Shown: positions 44,564 to 52,968, counted from the first letter of the stretch. The stretch is DNA of 64,000 nt from Candidatus Poriferihabitaceae bacterium (GCA_965226545.1 OZ245364.1:1771890-1835889); one strand, 5' to 3'. The notes: generated by a model from the letters alone, not told the origin. Translations and numbers: made by a program.

Positions 44564-46978
44564 TCACCCACGCAACCGCACACCCCGCGCATCGAACGGC
44601 GGTTCGGTCAACAACTTCGCACGATGCGCGCGCCCAAGCACCGCGATTTCATAGTCGCCACCCGGCGTCACCGCATCGAAGTTGACATAACCCAAGGCAA
44701 GCGATTGCTTGACAAAAAAGCCGTAGCCGCCGGACGTCACCCGCCCGACATAGTCGCCGTTTAAATAAATACTCTCGCCGCCCGAAGCGTCGGCGTTGTC
44801 GGCGTCTATCGAAAAAATGCATAGTTGTTGACGCGGCGGCAGGTCGGCGACTTCGAGATAGGCGGCTTTGCCGAGGAAGGTTTTTTTGTCGGGCTTAACC
44901 AACGCCGCCATGTTGCTTTCATTCGGTCGCCATTCGGGCGAGTATTCGCGGCTCCAACTGCCGTAGCCTTTCTCGATGCGCATGCAACCCAAGGCGCGCG
45001 AGCCGACCGCGACTGCGTTAAATTCCGCGCCGCAGTTAAAAATCGCGTCGTACAACGCCAATTGATTTTGTTCGGCGACATAAATTTCATAACCCAAATC
45101 GCCGCTGAACGAAACCCGAATCAACGCCGCATCGAAGCCGTCTACGCGCACCGCGCGATTTTGCATAAACCGCAACTCATCATTCGGCAACGGCGCCTTA
45201 ATTAATTTCTCGACCAACGCGCGCGCGTTCGGCCCGGCGATGTTAAAACCGCACAACGCGCGACTCAACGAGCGAAACACCACGCCTTTGGCCGGCAAGT
45301 GACGCGCCAAGATGCGCAAGTGATATTCCTCAGCGATGCCCGAGCCAATCATCAACAACCGCTCGGCGGTAAATCGCGCAATGGTGAAATCGCCGGCGAT
45401 GCCGGCGCGCGGCGAAAGCAACGGCGTCAGGCGGGTTTGCCCGTCTTTGTCCGGGGCGTAATTGGCGAAGATGTCGTTTGCCCAGGCCAGCGCGTTTTTG
45501 CCGCTGATTTCATATTTGGCAAAGTTGGAGACGTCAATCACGCCGACCGATTGGCGCGTGCGCATGCATTCTTCGCCGACCGCATCGAACCACCTCGGGC
45601 GTTCGAAACTGAATTCATCCTGTTGCGCATCGCCTTCGCGCGCAAACCATTGCGGATGTTCCCAGCCAAATGAAAACCCAAACACCGCACCGCGCGATTT
45701 TTGTTTGGCGTATGCCGGACGCGTCTGCAGTGGCCTGCCGGCGTCTCGTTCTTCGAGCGGGAAGTGAATTCGAAACCGTGAACGATAGGCATCCATCGCG
45801 CGCGCAGTCGCGAATTTGCCGTTTGCCCAATCGCCGAATCGCGCGACATCCCAAGGGAACATATCCAACTCCGGCTCGCCTTCAATCATCCATTGCGCCA
45901 GCGTCAAGCCTAAGCCCGCGCTTTGGCTGAAGCCGGGGATGATGCCGCAACAAACAAAATAATTTTTCAAGCCCGGCACCGGGCCAAGCAATGCGGCCGC
46001 ATCCGGCGACCAAATCATCGGGCCGTTAATCACCTTTTTGACGCCGGCTTCGGCAAACACCGGCACACGTTCGCAGGCGCGCATCAAGTTGTCTTCGATG
46101 CGCGACAAATCGGGCGGCAACAAGTCGTGACCAAAATCCATCGGCGTGGCGTTTTCGCTCCACAACTTGCCGTCGCGTTCATACGCGCCGACCAACAAGC
46201 CGTTGCCTTCTTGGCGCATATAGTATTCATAATCGCGGTCGGCAATCGCCGGCAATTCGCGTCCGAGTTCGGCGATGGCCGGGATTTCTTCGGTCACCAA
46301 ATATTGATGTTCCATCGGCACCAACGGCAAGGTCACGCCGGCCAATTGCGCAACTTCACGCGCCCACAACCCGGCCGCGTTAATTAAATAGTCCGCGTGA
46401 ATTTCGCCTTGGTCGGTCACCACCCGCCAACCGCCTTTATCGGCGCGGGTTTCGCGCACTGCGGCAAATCGATGAATCTCCGCGCCGCGTTGACGCGCGC
46501 CGGCGGCATAAGCATGAGTCACGCCGGACGGGTCGACATGCCCGGCGAGCGGTTCATACATCGCGCACAACACGCCGTCCATCTGCACCAACGGATGCAA
46601 TTCGCGCACATCGTCTTCGCCGATTTCATAAAACTCAGCATCGAACGCGCGCGCCTTGGATGCGGCGATGCGCAGTTGATGCACGCGGTCTTTGGTGCAT
46701 GCAAGATAAATGCCGCCGGGTTGATGCACGCCGCAGGATTGTCCGGTCTCGGCTTCGAGTTCGGCATATAACGCCATCGTGTAATACTGCAGTCGCGAGA
46801 TGTTGTTGGTGTCGTGCAACCCGTGCGTGCCGGCGGCGGCGTGCCAAGTCGAGCCGGAGGTTAACTCATCGCGCTCGAGCAACACCACATCGCGCCAACC
46901 GAGTTTGGTTAGGTGATACAAAATGCTGCAGCCAATCAACCCGCCGCCGATGACCACCGCTTGTGCGTGTGTTTTCAT
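44564..46978 (-). CDS. FAD-dependent oxidoreductase fused to a GcvT-type folate-binding domain (dimethylglycine/sarcosine dehydrogenase family)
   Basis: N-terminal VVIGGGLIGCSILYHL dinucleotide fold. The 804-aa length and C-terminal aminomethyltransferase-like region are typical of DMGDH/SardH. Confidence 0.85.
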   Translation of the reverse strand: MKTHAQAVVIGGGLIGCSILYHLTKLGWRDVVLLERDELTSGSTWHAAAGTHGLHDTNNISRLQYYTMALYAELEAETGQSCGVHQPGGIYLACTKDRVHQLRIAASKARAFDAEFYEIGEDDVRELHPLVQMDGVLCAMYEPLAGHVDPSGVTHAYAAGARQRGAEIHRFAAVRETRADKGGWRVVTDQGEIHADYLINAAGLWAREVAQLAGVTLPLVPMEHQYLVTEEIPAIAELGRELPAIADRDYEYYMRQEGNGLLVGAYERDGKLWSENATPMDFGHDLLPPDLSRIEDNLMRACERVPVFAEAGVKKVINGPMIWSPDAAALLGPVPGLKNYFVCCGIIPGFSQSAGLGLTLAQWMIEGEPELDMFPWDVARFGDWANGKFATARAMDAYRSRFRIHFPLEERDAGRPLQTRPAYAKQKSRGAVFGFSFGWEHPQWFAREGDAQQDEFSFERPRWFDAVGEECMRTRQSVGVIDVSNFAKYEISGKNALAWANDIFANYAPDKDGQTRLTPLLSPRAGIAGDFTIARFTAERLLMIGSGIAEEYHLRILARHLPAKGVVFRSLSRALCGFNIAGPNARALVEKLIKAPLPNDELRFMQNRAVRVDGFDAALIRVSFSGDLGYEIYVAEQNQLALYDAIFNCGAEFNAVAVGSRALGCMRIEKGYGSWSREYSPEWRPNESNMAALVKPDKKTFLGKAAYLEVADLPPRQQLCIFSIDADNADASGGESIYLNGDYVGRVTSGGYGFFVKQSLALGYVNFDAVTPGGDYEIAVLGRAHRAKLLTEPPFDARGVRLRG

Positions 46979-47003
46979 TTTCGTTTTTTTCGAGAGTGGG
47001 ATT

Positions 47004-47195
47004 TGTGTTGATTGATGTTGAGGTTAATGTCGATATTAATTTCGATGTCGATGTCGATGTCGATGTCGATATTAACGTTAAGTTCGAAGTGAAAGTTTGT
47101 TACTGATGTTGATGATATCGAGGTTAATGTTAACTTGCACTGTCACTGTTACTGTTACTGTTACTGCTGATGTCGATGTCGGCATTGTCGCCGAC
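47004..47195. repeat. hexamer-phased degenerate repeat spacer (GTYGAT / GTTAAY / GTYACT blocks)
   Basis: gttgaggttaatgtcgatattaatttcgatgtcgatgtcgatgtcgatgtcgatattaacgttaag...ctgtcactgttactgttactgttactgctgatgtcgatgtcggc. Confidence 0.85.
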
Positions 47196-47215
47196 GACAG
47201 CGGCATTGTAACAAA

Positions 47216-48379
47216 TTAAAGCGAATCGACAAACCCACAAATGCGCCGACACGCCTCGACCAAGCGCGCATCATCGACGCATAAACTCAGCCGCAACAAA
47301 CCGCGCGCGCCGAAGCCGTCGCAGGACAACACCGACACGCCGGCATCATCCAACAATCGGCGCGCGAATTGATTGGCGCAGATATGCAATGCGCCGATGT
47401 CCAGCACAACAAACATCCCGCCGGGCGCGGCGAATAATTCGATGCGCGCGCACGACGCGAATGCATCGCGCGTTAATTGTTGCCGCCTATCCAACTCGAT
47501 GCGTATTTGTTTTGCCGGCGATTCGGTCAACGCCAACGCCGCTTGCGCCGCATCCTGCACAAACGCCGGCAAGCCGTACGCCATGCACACCGACAGATTG
47601 TATAAATGCGCAATCAGCGTCGGCGGCGCAAACGCCCAGCCGAGTCGCCAGCCGGTCATTTGATGTGATTTGGATACACTCGATATGCCGATGCACACCT
47701 CGCGCGCGCCATCGAATTGATACGGGTTGGCGCGTTCGTGTTGATGCAACAACTCGGCATACACCTCATCGATAATCAACCAAACGCGCCGCTCGACGCA
47801 GGCGCGCACAATCGGCGCATACCGCGCATCGTCAATCACCGAGCCGAGCGGATTGTTCGGCGAGTTCAACACAATCGCGCGCGTCGCCGGCGTTATCGCT
47901 GCAATGATTTCATCGGCATCGATGGCGAAACGATTCTCGCGCCGCACCGCCACCGGCACCAATCGCGCCGCGCATGCGCCGAAGGTCGCCGGATAGGTCG
48001 CGTAATACGGCGCCGATAAAATCACTTCGTCATCCGCCTCGAGCAAACATTGCGCAACCGCAAACAGCGCATTTTGCGCGCCGGCAAAAATCGCGCAATG
48101 ATGTTCATCCGCCCAAGCCGCGCGCGCGCGATAATGCGCGGCAACCGCGAGACGCAAATCATCCTGCCCGCTAATCGGCGTGTAATGATGTCGCCCTTTA
48201 CGCAAACTGCGCACCGCCGCCTCGACGATGGGCGCAGGCGTAACCGCATCACGCTGCTCGCCGACGCTGAGTACAATCACATCTTCGCCGGCATCGAAGC
48301 GCGCCATCGCGTCATAATGCACTTGCCACACATCGACCGACTCGCCGCCGATGCGTTCGGTTAAGGTGGAGAACTTCAT
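47216..48379 (-). CDS. class I/II pyridoxal-phosphate aminotransferase
   Basis: SVSKSHQMTGWRLGW (PLP-lysine motif) and NSPNNPLG. The start is trimmed to MKFSTL.. because the longer ORF reads through a (GTTGGT)n spacer repeat. Confidence 0.8.
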   Translation of the reverse strand: MKFSTLTERIGGESVDVWQVHYDAMARFDAGEDVIVLSVGEQRDAVTPAPIVEAAVRSLRKGRHHYTPISGQDDLRLAVAAHYRARAAWADEHHCAIFAGAQNALFAVAQCLLEADDEVILSAPYYATYPATFGACAARLVPVAVRRENRFAIDADEIIAAITPATRAIVLNSPNNPLGSVIDDARYAPIVRACVERRVWLIIDEVYAELLHQHERANPYQFDGAREVCIGISSVSKSHQMTGWRLGWAFAPPTLIAHLYNLSVCMAYGLPAFVQDAAQAALALTESPAKQIRIELDRRQQLTRDAFASCARIELFAAPGGMFVVLDIGALHICANQFARRLLDDAGVSVLSCDGFGARGLLRLSLCVDDARLVEACRRICGFVDSL

Positions 48380-48761
48380 TGAGCGCGGCATTGAGGACGA
48401 CATTGCGGCGGGGTTGGTGTTGGTGTTGGTGTTAATAGTGACATCTGCGTCGGACAAACGCTCGACATTGACGGAAGGCGACATTTTAACACGCACACCT
48501 GACACCGCCGCTTGTGCCGACACGGATTTTAGGTTTGCATTATTATGCGCTTTGCGTTATGTAACTTGCGTTGACTGAGTTGCGTTTATCGACTTGCATT
48601 TATAATGTGTAACGTTTACTTGTTTGGCGTACACTTGATTGACATACGCTTGTTTTGACTTGCACTTATTTCGTGCACTTGCTTAACATTATTTGTTTAA
48701 CATTAATCGGTTTGACACTTTTCGAATTTCCGCCACCCCCCCACACTTGGAGCGAATCGAT

Positions 48762-50129
48762 ATGAAAAATCTCAATGCAAAAAATCGCACTGCGAATCAC
48801 AGCACAGCACCCGCAACTGAACGCGGGTTGCATGAACTCTATCGCATCGATGCCGAACGCGCCGATGCATTGGTGTTTGGTCGACGCGTCAACCACAACC
48901 GTCGCGGCTTTTTAAAGCGCGCCGGATTGATTGGCATCGGCGGCGCACTTGGCGGCGTGGCGTTGCCGTTTGCCGCCAATTTTCCCGGCGGATTAATTCC
49001 CGCAGCCTTAGCGGATTCGACCGCGCCGTTTAATTTGGCGGCGTTTGGCAAACGCGGTTTGACCATACTCAACGACCGCCCCATCAACGCCGAGACGCCG
49101 CCGCATCTTCTCGACGATGCGTTCACGCCGGCGCATTATATGTTTGTGCGCAACAACGGCACGCCGCCGGCGCTCGCCGATATTAATGTCGACGAGTGGA
49201 CGTTGTCAGTCGGCGGCGAAGCCTGCGCGCATCCGCAAACGTTCACTTTGGCGCAATTAAAAAAACGATTCGACCAACACGAATACGCATTGCAGATTGA
49301 ATGCGGCGGCAACGGGCGCGCCGAATATCGTCCGCCGGCAAAAGGCAATCAATGGACCACCGGCGCGGTCAGTTGCGCCAAATGGCGCGGCGTGCGGTTG
49401 GGCGATGTGCTTAAATCCTGCGGCATCGCCGACAACGCAAAATACATCGCCTATTACGGCGCCGATAAACATCTCAGCGGCGACCCCAACAAACGCCCGA
49501 TTTCGCGCGGCGTGCCGATGGCTAAGGCGTTGGAAAAAGAATCGTTAATCGCTTGGGCGATGAACGGTGAAGACATCAATTTGTTAAACGGGCATCCGTT
49601 GCGCGTGGTGACCGCCGGCTGGCCCGGCTCGACCTGCGGCAAATGGATTACCCGCATCGACATCCGCGACCGTGTACACGACGGCGCGAAGATGACCGGC
49701 GCATCGTATCGCGTGCCGCGGTATCCGGTTGCGCCCGGCGAAAAGGTCGCCGACGCCGACATGGAAATTATCCAAAGCATGCCGATTAAATCCTTAATCA
49801 CCCGCCCGCAAACCGGCGCGCGTTTCGCGCCCGGCGATGTGGTGGCGATGCGCGGGCATGCATGGGGCGGCGATGTTGCGGTCGACCGTGTGCATGTCTC
49901 CATCGATTTCGGCGCAACTTGGCGCGCGGCAAAATTGAATTCGCCGGTCAACCGTTTGGCATGGCAACGGTTTTCGGCCAAGGTGAAATTCATCGACCCC
50001 GGCTATTATGAAATCTGGGCGCGCGCCACCGACAAAAACGGCCGCGCCCAACCGATGGTCGTACCCGGCTGGAATCCAAAAGGCTATCTCAACAATCGCT
50101 GCCATCGAGTTGCGGTGTATATCGCATGA
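48762..50129 (+). CDS. sorA: molybdopterin sulfite dehydrogenase/oxidase catalytic subunit (SorA-like), Tat-exported
   Basis: Twin-arginine signal NRRGFLKRAGLIGIGGALGG and a sulfite-oxidase-family core (FVRNNG, ECGGNGR, GAVSCAKWRGV). A GGAG SD precedes the ATG at 48762. Confidence 0.8.
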   Translation: MKNLNAKNRTANHSTAPATERGLHELYRIDAERADALVFGRRVNHNRRGFLKRAGLIGIGGALGGVALPFAANFPGGLIPAALADSTAPFNLAAFGKRGLTILNDRPINAETPPHLLDDAFTPAHYMFVRNNGTPPALADINVDEWTLSVGGEACAHPQTFTLAQLKKRFDQHEYALQIECGGNGRAEYRPPAKGNQWTTGAVSCAKWRGVRLGDVLKSCGIADNAKYIAYYGADKHLSGDPNKRPISRGVPMAKALEKESLIAWAMNGEDINLLNGHPLRVVTAGWPGSTCGKWITRIDIRDRVHDGAKMTGASYRVPRYPVAPGEKVADADMEIIQSMPIKSLITRPQTGARFAPGDVVAMRGHAWGGDVAVDRVHVSIDFGATWRAAKLNSPVNRLAWQRFSAKVKFIDPGYYEIWARATDKNGRAQPMVVPGWNPKGYLNNRCHRVAVYIA

Positions 50130-50446
50130 GCCGCGCGCGGCTTCGCTTGGTCGTTGCATTAACGATGTCGCTCGGCGGCGTCGCGCAGGCGGAATACGAT
50201 GCGCACGGTTTATTCATCGCCCCGGGCGGCGAATGGGTCGCCGCGCATTGCACCGTGTGTCACTCGGCGAAGTTAATCATCCAACAAGGCGCAAGTTACG
50301 AAGGCTGGCGCGACATCATCGAATCGATGCAGGATGAACAAGGCTTATGGGAAATTCCGCCGGCGCAACTTGGGGCGATGTTGGATTATCTCGCCGCGCA
50401 TTACGGTGAAGAGCGTCCGCATTGGGGTGGTGGGGTGGCGCAATAA
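50126..50446 (+). CDS. sorB: monohaem cytochrome c subunit (SorB-like)
   Basis: Signal peptide and a CTVCHS haem-binding CxxCH motif. ATGA overlap with sorA. Confidence 0.75.
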   Translation: MSRARLRLVVALTMSLGGVAQAEYDAHGLFIAPGGEWVAAHCTVCHSAKLIIQQGASYEGWRDIIESMQDEQGLWEIPPAQLGAMLDYLAAHYGEERPHWGGGVAQ

Positions 50447-50480
50447 AAAAACCCGCCCGATGCATTGGGCGGGTTTATTA
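50447..50480 (+). terminator. rho-independent terminator after sorB
   Basis: AAACCCGCCC-gatgcatt-GGGCGGGTTT followed by ATT. It is flanked by an A-run, so it may act in both directions. Confidence 0.7.
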
Positions 50481-50607
50481 ATTAACGCTTGGCTTAGGTG
50501 ATGACAAACTCGGTGATTTTGGAATCCGGACCAACTTCGTCTCGGGTGTTGATGTGGCAGGCTTTGGCGAAGGCGATTACATCAACGAGGGGCGGGCGGC
50601 GGGCGGA

Positions 50608-51162
50608 TTAGCCGCGAGATTTCTTTTTGAGCGGTGCGTTGAGAGCCAGTTCATCCAAATGCGAATCGAGTTCGATGAATTTGGAGCAAGTTCTTTTTAG
50701 TTCGGCCGATGTTCGCGCCCAAAAAACGACTTCCACTGTAAAGCCGTCTTTGACCAACATCTCAACCGGCGGGATGAAATCGCCATCGCCGGACACCAAC
50801 AAAATTTTATGGTGTGCGGGGCCGTCGCTAACATAAGCGTCTTTAATCATGTCTTTGACGATGGAGGTATCAACGCCTTTTTCTTTATTGGCGACATTGC
50901 GGTCTCTAATTTCCAATTCAAACCCGGCGGATTTGGCGCGCGCCCACAGCGAATCATTCGGCGGCGGACGCGAACCGACCAACAACGCCCGACCAATCTC
51001 GCCATCACCGTTTTGGGTAACAAAACGGTAGAGTTTGCCAAAATCAATTTTGTAGTTGAGGTCGAGCGTTTTGCCGCTCTTGTCATTTTTCCCAATCGCC
51101 GCCGCAACACGTTGCCCTTCGATAAACAAATTGGAGTTGTCGATATAGATAAACTTTTTCAT
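50608..51162 (-). CDS. NYN-domain (LabA/PIN-like) predicted ribonuclease
   Basis: MKKFIYIDNSNLFIEG.., EKGVDTSIVKDMI, ILLVSGDGDFIPPVE. The start is trimmed to the ATG at 51162. Confidence 0.75.
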   Translation of the reverse strand: MKKFIYIDNSNLFIEGQRVAAAIGKNDKSGKTLDLNYKIDFGKLYRFVTQNGDGEIGRALLVGSRPPPNDSLWARAKSAGFELEIRDRNVANKEKGVDTSIVKDMIKDAYVSDGPAHHKILLVSGDGDFIPPVEMLVKDGFTVEVVFWARTSAELKRTCSKFIELDSHLDELALNAPLKKKSRG

Positions 51163-51200
51163 TGCGTTTACTCTCGTTGATGTTTTGCACGGTGTGGTGT

Positions 51201-51240
51201 AGAAAAACCGCGCACCATTGTTAAGTGGCGGCGCGGTTTT
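51201..51240 (-). terminator. hairpin terminator/attenuator between the small ORF and the NYN gene
   Basis: AAAACCGCGC..17 nt..GCGCGGTTTT, with a U-run on the minus strand. Confidence 0.5.
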
Positions 51241-51245
51241 GGGTG

Positions 51246-51509
51246 TCACTTATCGTCAAGCACGTTGTCCAGTGTTTCCAGATTCAACGGCAATTCTTCC
51301 ATAATTTTGGTGGCGTTATTTTCGGCGCTCCATTCGGAAAAGGCGATAATCATTTCTTTGTTTTTGCATTTTTGTTCGCTGTGTTTGCCGCCATAGTGGT
51401 CGAAGCAGTTTTGGCTGTTAATCGCCCACTTCACCAACACCCCTATGGCGCAGTCGCCCGGATTAATCGGTTTGCGGTCGTAATCGGTTTTAAGGAATTC
51501 ATCGGTCAT
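51246..51509 (-). CDS. hypothetical 87-aa protein upstream of the NYN nuclease
   Basis: A GAGGTG SD lies 6 nt before the ATG at 51509. The product is Cys/His-containing (DCAIGVLVKWAINSQNCFDHYGGKHSEQKC). Confidence 0.5.
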   Translation of the reverse strand: MTDEFLKTDYDRKPINPGDCAIGVLVKWAINSQNCFDHYGGKHSEQKCKNKEMIIAFSEWSAENNATKIMEELPLNLETLDNVLDDK

Positions 51510-51638
51510 TTGGGTCACCTCGTTTGATGTGAAGTCGGAATGGATTTTAACACAAGTGCCGCGCATAAAAAACCGCGCATGTTGTGCGCGGTTATTGGGC
51601 GGCGGTCGGCGATTCTGTTATGGCAAATCGCAGAATCA

Positions 51639-51849
51639 AGCGTTAGCGGTGCCGGCGCAAGCGTTACCGACGCTGTCATTAGCGTTAGTGACGACTCCAT
51701 TAGCGTTACTGACGCTGTCATTAGCGTTAATGGCACTCGATTAGCGTTAGTGACGCCGCCATTAGCGTTAGTGACACCACCGTTAGCGTTAGTGACGACT
51801 CCATTAGCGTTACTGGCGACTCTATTAGCGTTAGTGACGCGGCAAATCG
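51639..51849. repeat. about 10 x 21-bp tandem repeat (AGCGTTAGTGACGNNNCCATT)
   Basis: agcgttaccgacgctgtcatt agcgttagtgacgactccatt agcgttactgacgctgtcatt agcgttaatggcactcgatt agcgttagtgacgccgccatt agcgttagtgacaccaccgtt agcgttagtgacgactccatt agcgttactggcgactctatt ... Confidence 0.9.
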
Positions 51850-52000
51850 CGCTAATTTGACGGGTTTATGCGGGTTTTGGGGGGTGCGGGTGGTGGGGAA
51901 TGGCTTATGTATGCGGTTTTGGGCGAGGGCGGGGTTGGGGGTGCGCCATTTGAGTTTGTTGTTAATTGACTGTTATTGACGGCAAATACCCCACTTTTTG

Positions 52001-52029
52001 TTGACACCGCAGGCAACCGTTGGCAAAAT
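52001..52029 (+). promoter_or_regulatory. candidate sigma70 promoter driving leader A and the outer-membrane barrel gene
   Basis: TTGACA-17 nt-CAAAAT. The conserved leader begins 6 nt downstream. Confidence 0.5.
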
Positions 52030-52035
52030 CCGTTT

Positions 52036-52216
52036 CGCCAATATTTCGGAAAGTAGCCCTTTTGCGGGTTACCCGCTTTAAGTAAACGCAACATTGCTTG
52101 CCTGCGCGAGATTCATTCTCTCGCGGGCATGGACGGTTGTAGCCGCTTTCGCGGTATTGGCAACGGTTCGTCACTTCGGTGGCGGAGATTGTCAATTTTG
52201 TAACCGGAGATTTGAA
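52036..52216 (+). ncRNA. conserved structured 5' leader, copy A (candidate riboswitch or other cis-regulatory RNA)
   Basis: 181 nt. It shares blocks, helices and length with the 183-nt leader at 57049-57231 on the minus strand; see findings. Confidence 0.55.
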
Positions 52217-52837
52217 ATGTTTAAGAAACTTATTGCTGTATCGCTCGCCGCGGTTATGTCGCTTGCTTCGGCAAGTGCGTTGGCGGCGGAAGAGTATTAC
52301 GGGCTCGCTTATTCCAACATCAATTTGAATTTTGACGAATTGTTCGGCAATTCCTACAACACAGGCGATTTTTCGCTTAAAGCCATCGGGCTTACAATTG
52401 GCGAGTTCAGCGACGACAACGATTTCCTTGGCTTCGAGTTTTACATCGGCACCGGCATAGGGGAGACATCCGACGAAGGGGTGTTGAACCCCAACAGTGC
52501 TGCAAATCGTCTCGTTGCCAACCATGACTGGGAGTTAAATTATGCCGGCGGTGCAAGCATTCGGTTTGGCGCATTGCACAGTGACCGAACGGTTAATCCG
52601 TATGCGTTACTCGGTTACCACTGGATGCGCGTGGGCTTTTTGGGTGGCCCCTCCGGTAACACAATTACTGACAGGGATGGGAGCCAAACGGATGAGGTGA
52701 TTCTGGTCGGCACATCGTATGGCATAGGTGTCAACATCGGGCAAGACGATGTTCACTTGGGCCTTAAGTACGTCGGTTACGGCTTTGAATACGTGGAAGC
52801 CAATTCGGTGCAGGCTGAACTCGTTTGGAGTTTTTAA
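52217..52837 (+). CDS. small outer-membrane beta-barrel protein (OmpW/OMP_b-brl-like)
   Basis: Signal peptide MFKKLIAVSLAAVMSLASASALA, alternating beta-strand pattern, and C-terminal ..ELVWSF (terminal Phe). A GGAGA SD is present. Confidence 0.75.
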   Translation: MFKKLIAVSLAAVMSLASASALAAEEYYGLAYSNINLNFDELFGNSYNTGDFSLKAIGLTIGEFSDDNDFLGFEFYIGTGIGETSDEGVLNPNSAANRLVANHDWELNYAGGASIRFGALHSDRTVNPYALLGYHWMRVGFLGGPSGNTITDRDGSQTDEVILVGTSYGIGVNIGQDDVHLGLKYVGYGFEYVEANSVQAELVWSF

Positions 52838-52868
52838 ACACGCACCGACAAACTTCGTTGGTGTAGTT

Positions 52869-52896
52869 GCCCCGTCTGCAGGCGGGGCTTTTTTTT
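52869..52896 (+). terminator. rho-independent terminator after the barrel gene
   Basis: GCCCCG-tctgcagg-CGGGGC followed by TTTTTTTT. Confidence 0.8.
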
Positions 52897-52920
52897 GCAA
52901 CATAATGCTTGGCATAAAGA

Positions 52921-52955
52921 TAAAAAAACGGCGGCAATGTTTCCACTGCCGCCGT
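52921..52955 (-). terminator. rho-independent terminator after the Bor-like gene
   Basis: The minus strand reads ACGGCGGCA-gtggaaacat-TGCCGCCGT followed by TTTTTTT. Confidence 0.8.
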
Positions 52956-52968
52956 CAAGATTGCCGAA

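Noticed and set aside
48380-48523. N-terminal 48-aa extension of the class I/II aminotransferase (includes NTNTNTN)
   Set aside because: The extension is encoded by a (GTTGGT)n spacer repeat, and the conserved aminotransferase fold starts after MKFSTL.
50461-50607. In-frame open stretch directly after the NYN stop codon (..LVDVIAFAKACHINTRDEVGPDSKITEFVIT), considered as a read-through extension or gene remnant
   Set aside because: It has no start codon and no recognisable similarity, and it is only about 37 codons long. It cannot be distinguished from chance without a database search.
52036-52216. Assigning the shared leader to a known riboswitch class (c-di-GMP-I/GEMM because of a GUAGC..GGGUUACC hairpin, or Mn yybP-ykoY because of GGAAAGUAGC ... 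UUGGCAAAGGCC)
   Set aside because: The resemblances are short. The GEMM ACGCAAAGC core and tetraloop-receptor layout are absent. I could not align the yybP-ykoY four-way junction, and Mn riboswitches normally control transporters. The class is left open pending a cmscan.
51962-52525. 187-aa minus-strand ORF covering leader A and the start of the barrel gene
   Set aside because: It is antisense to a gene with a signal peptide, SD and terminator, and has no features of its own.
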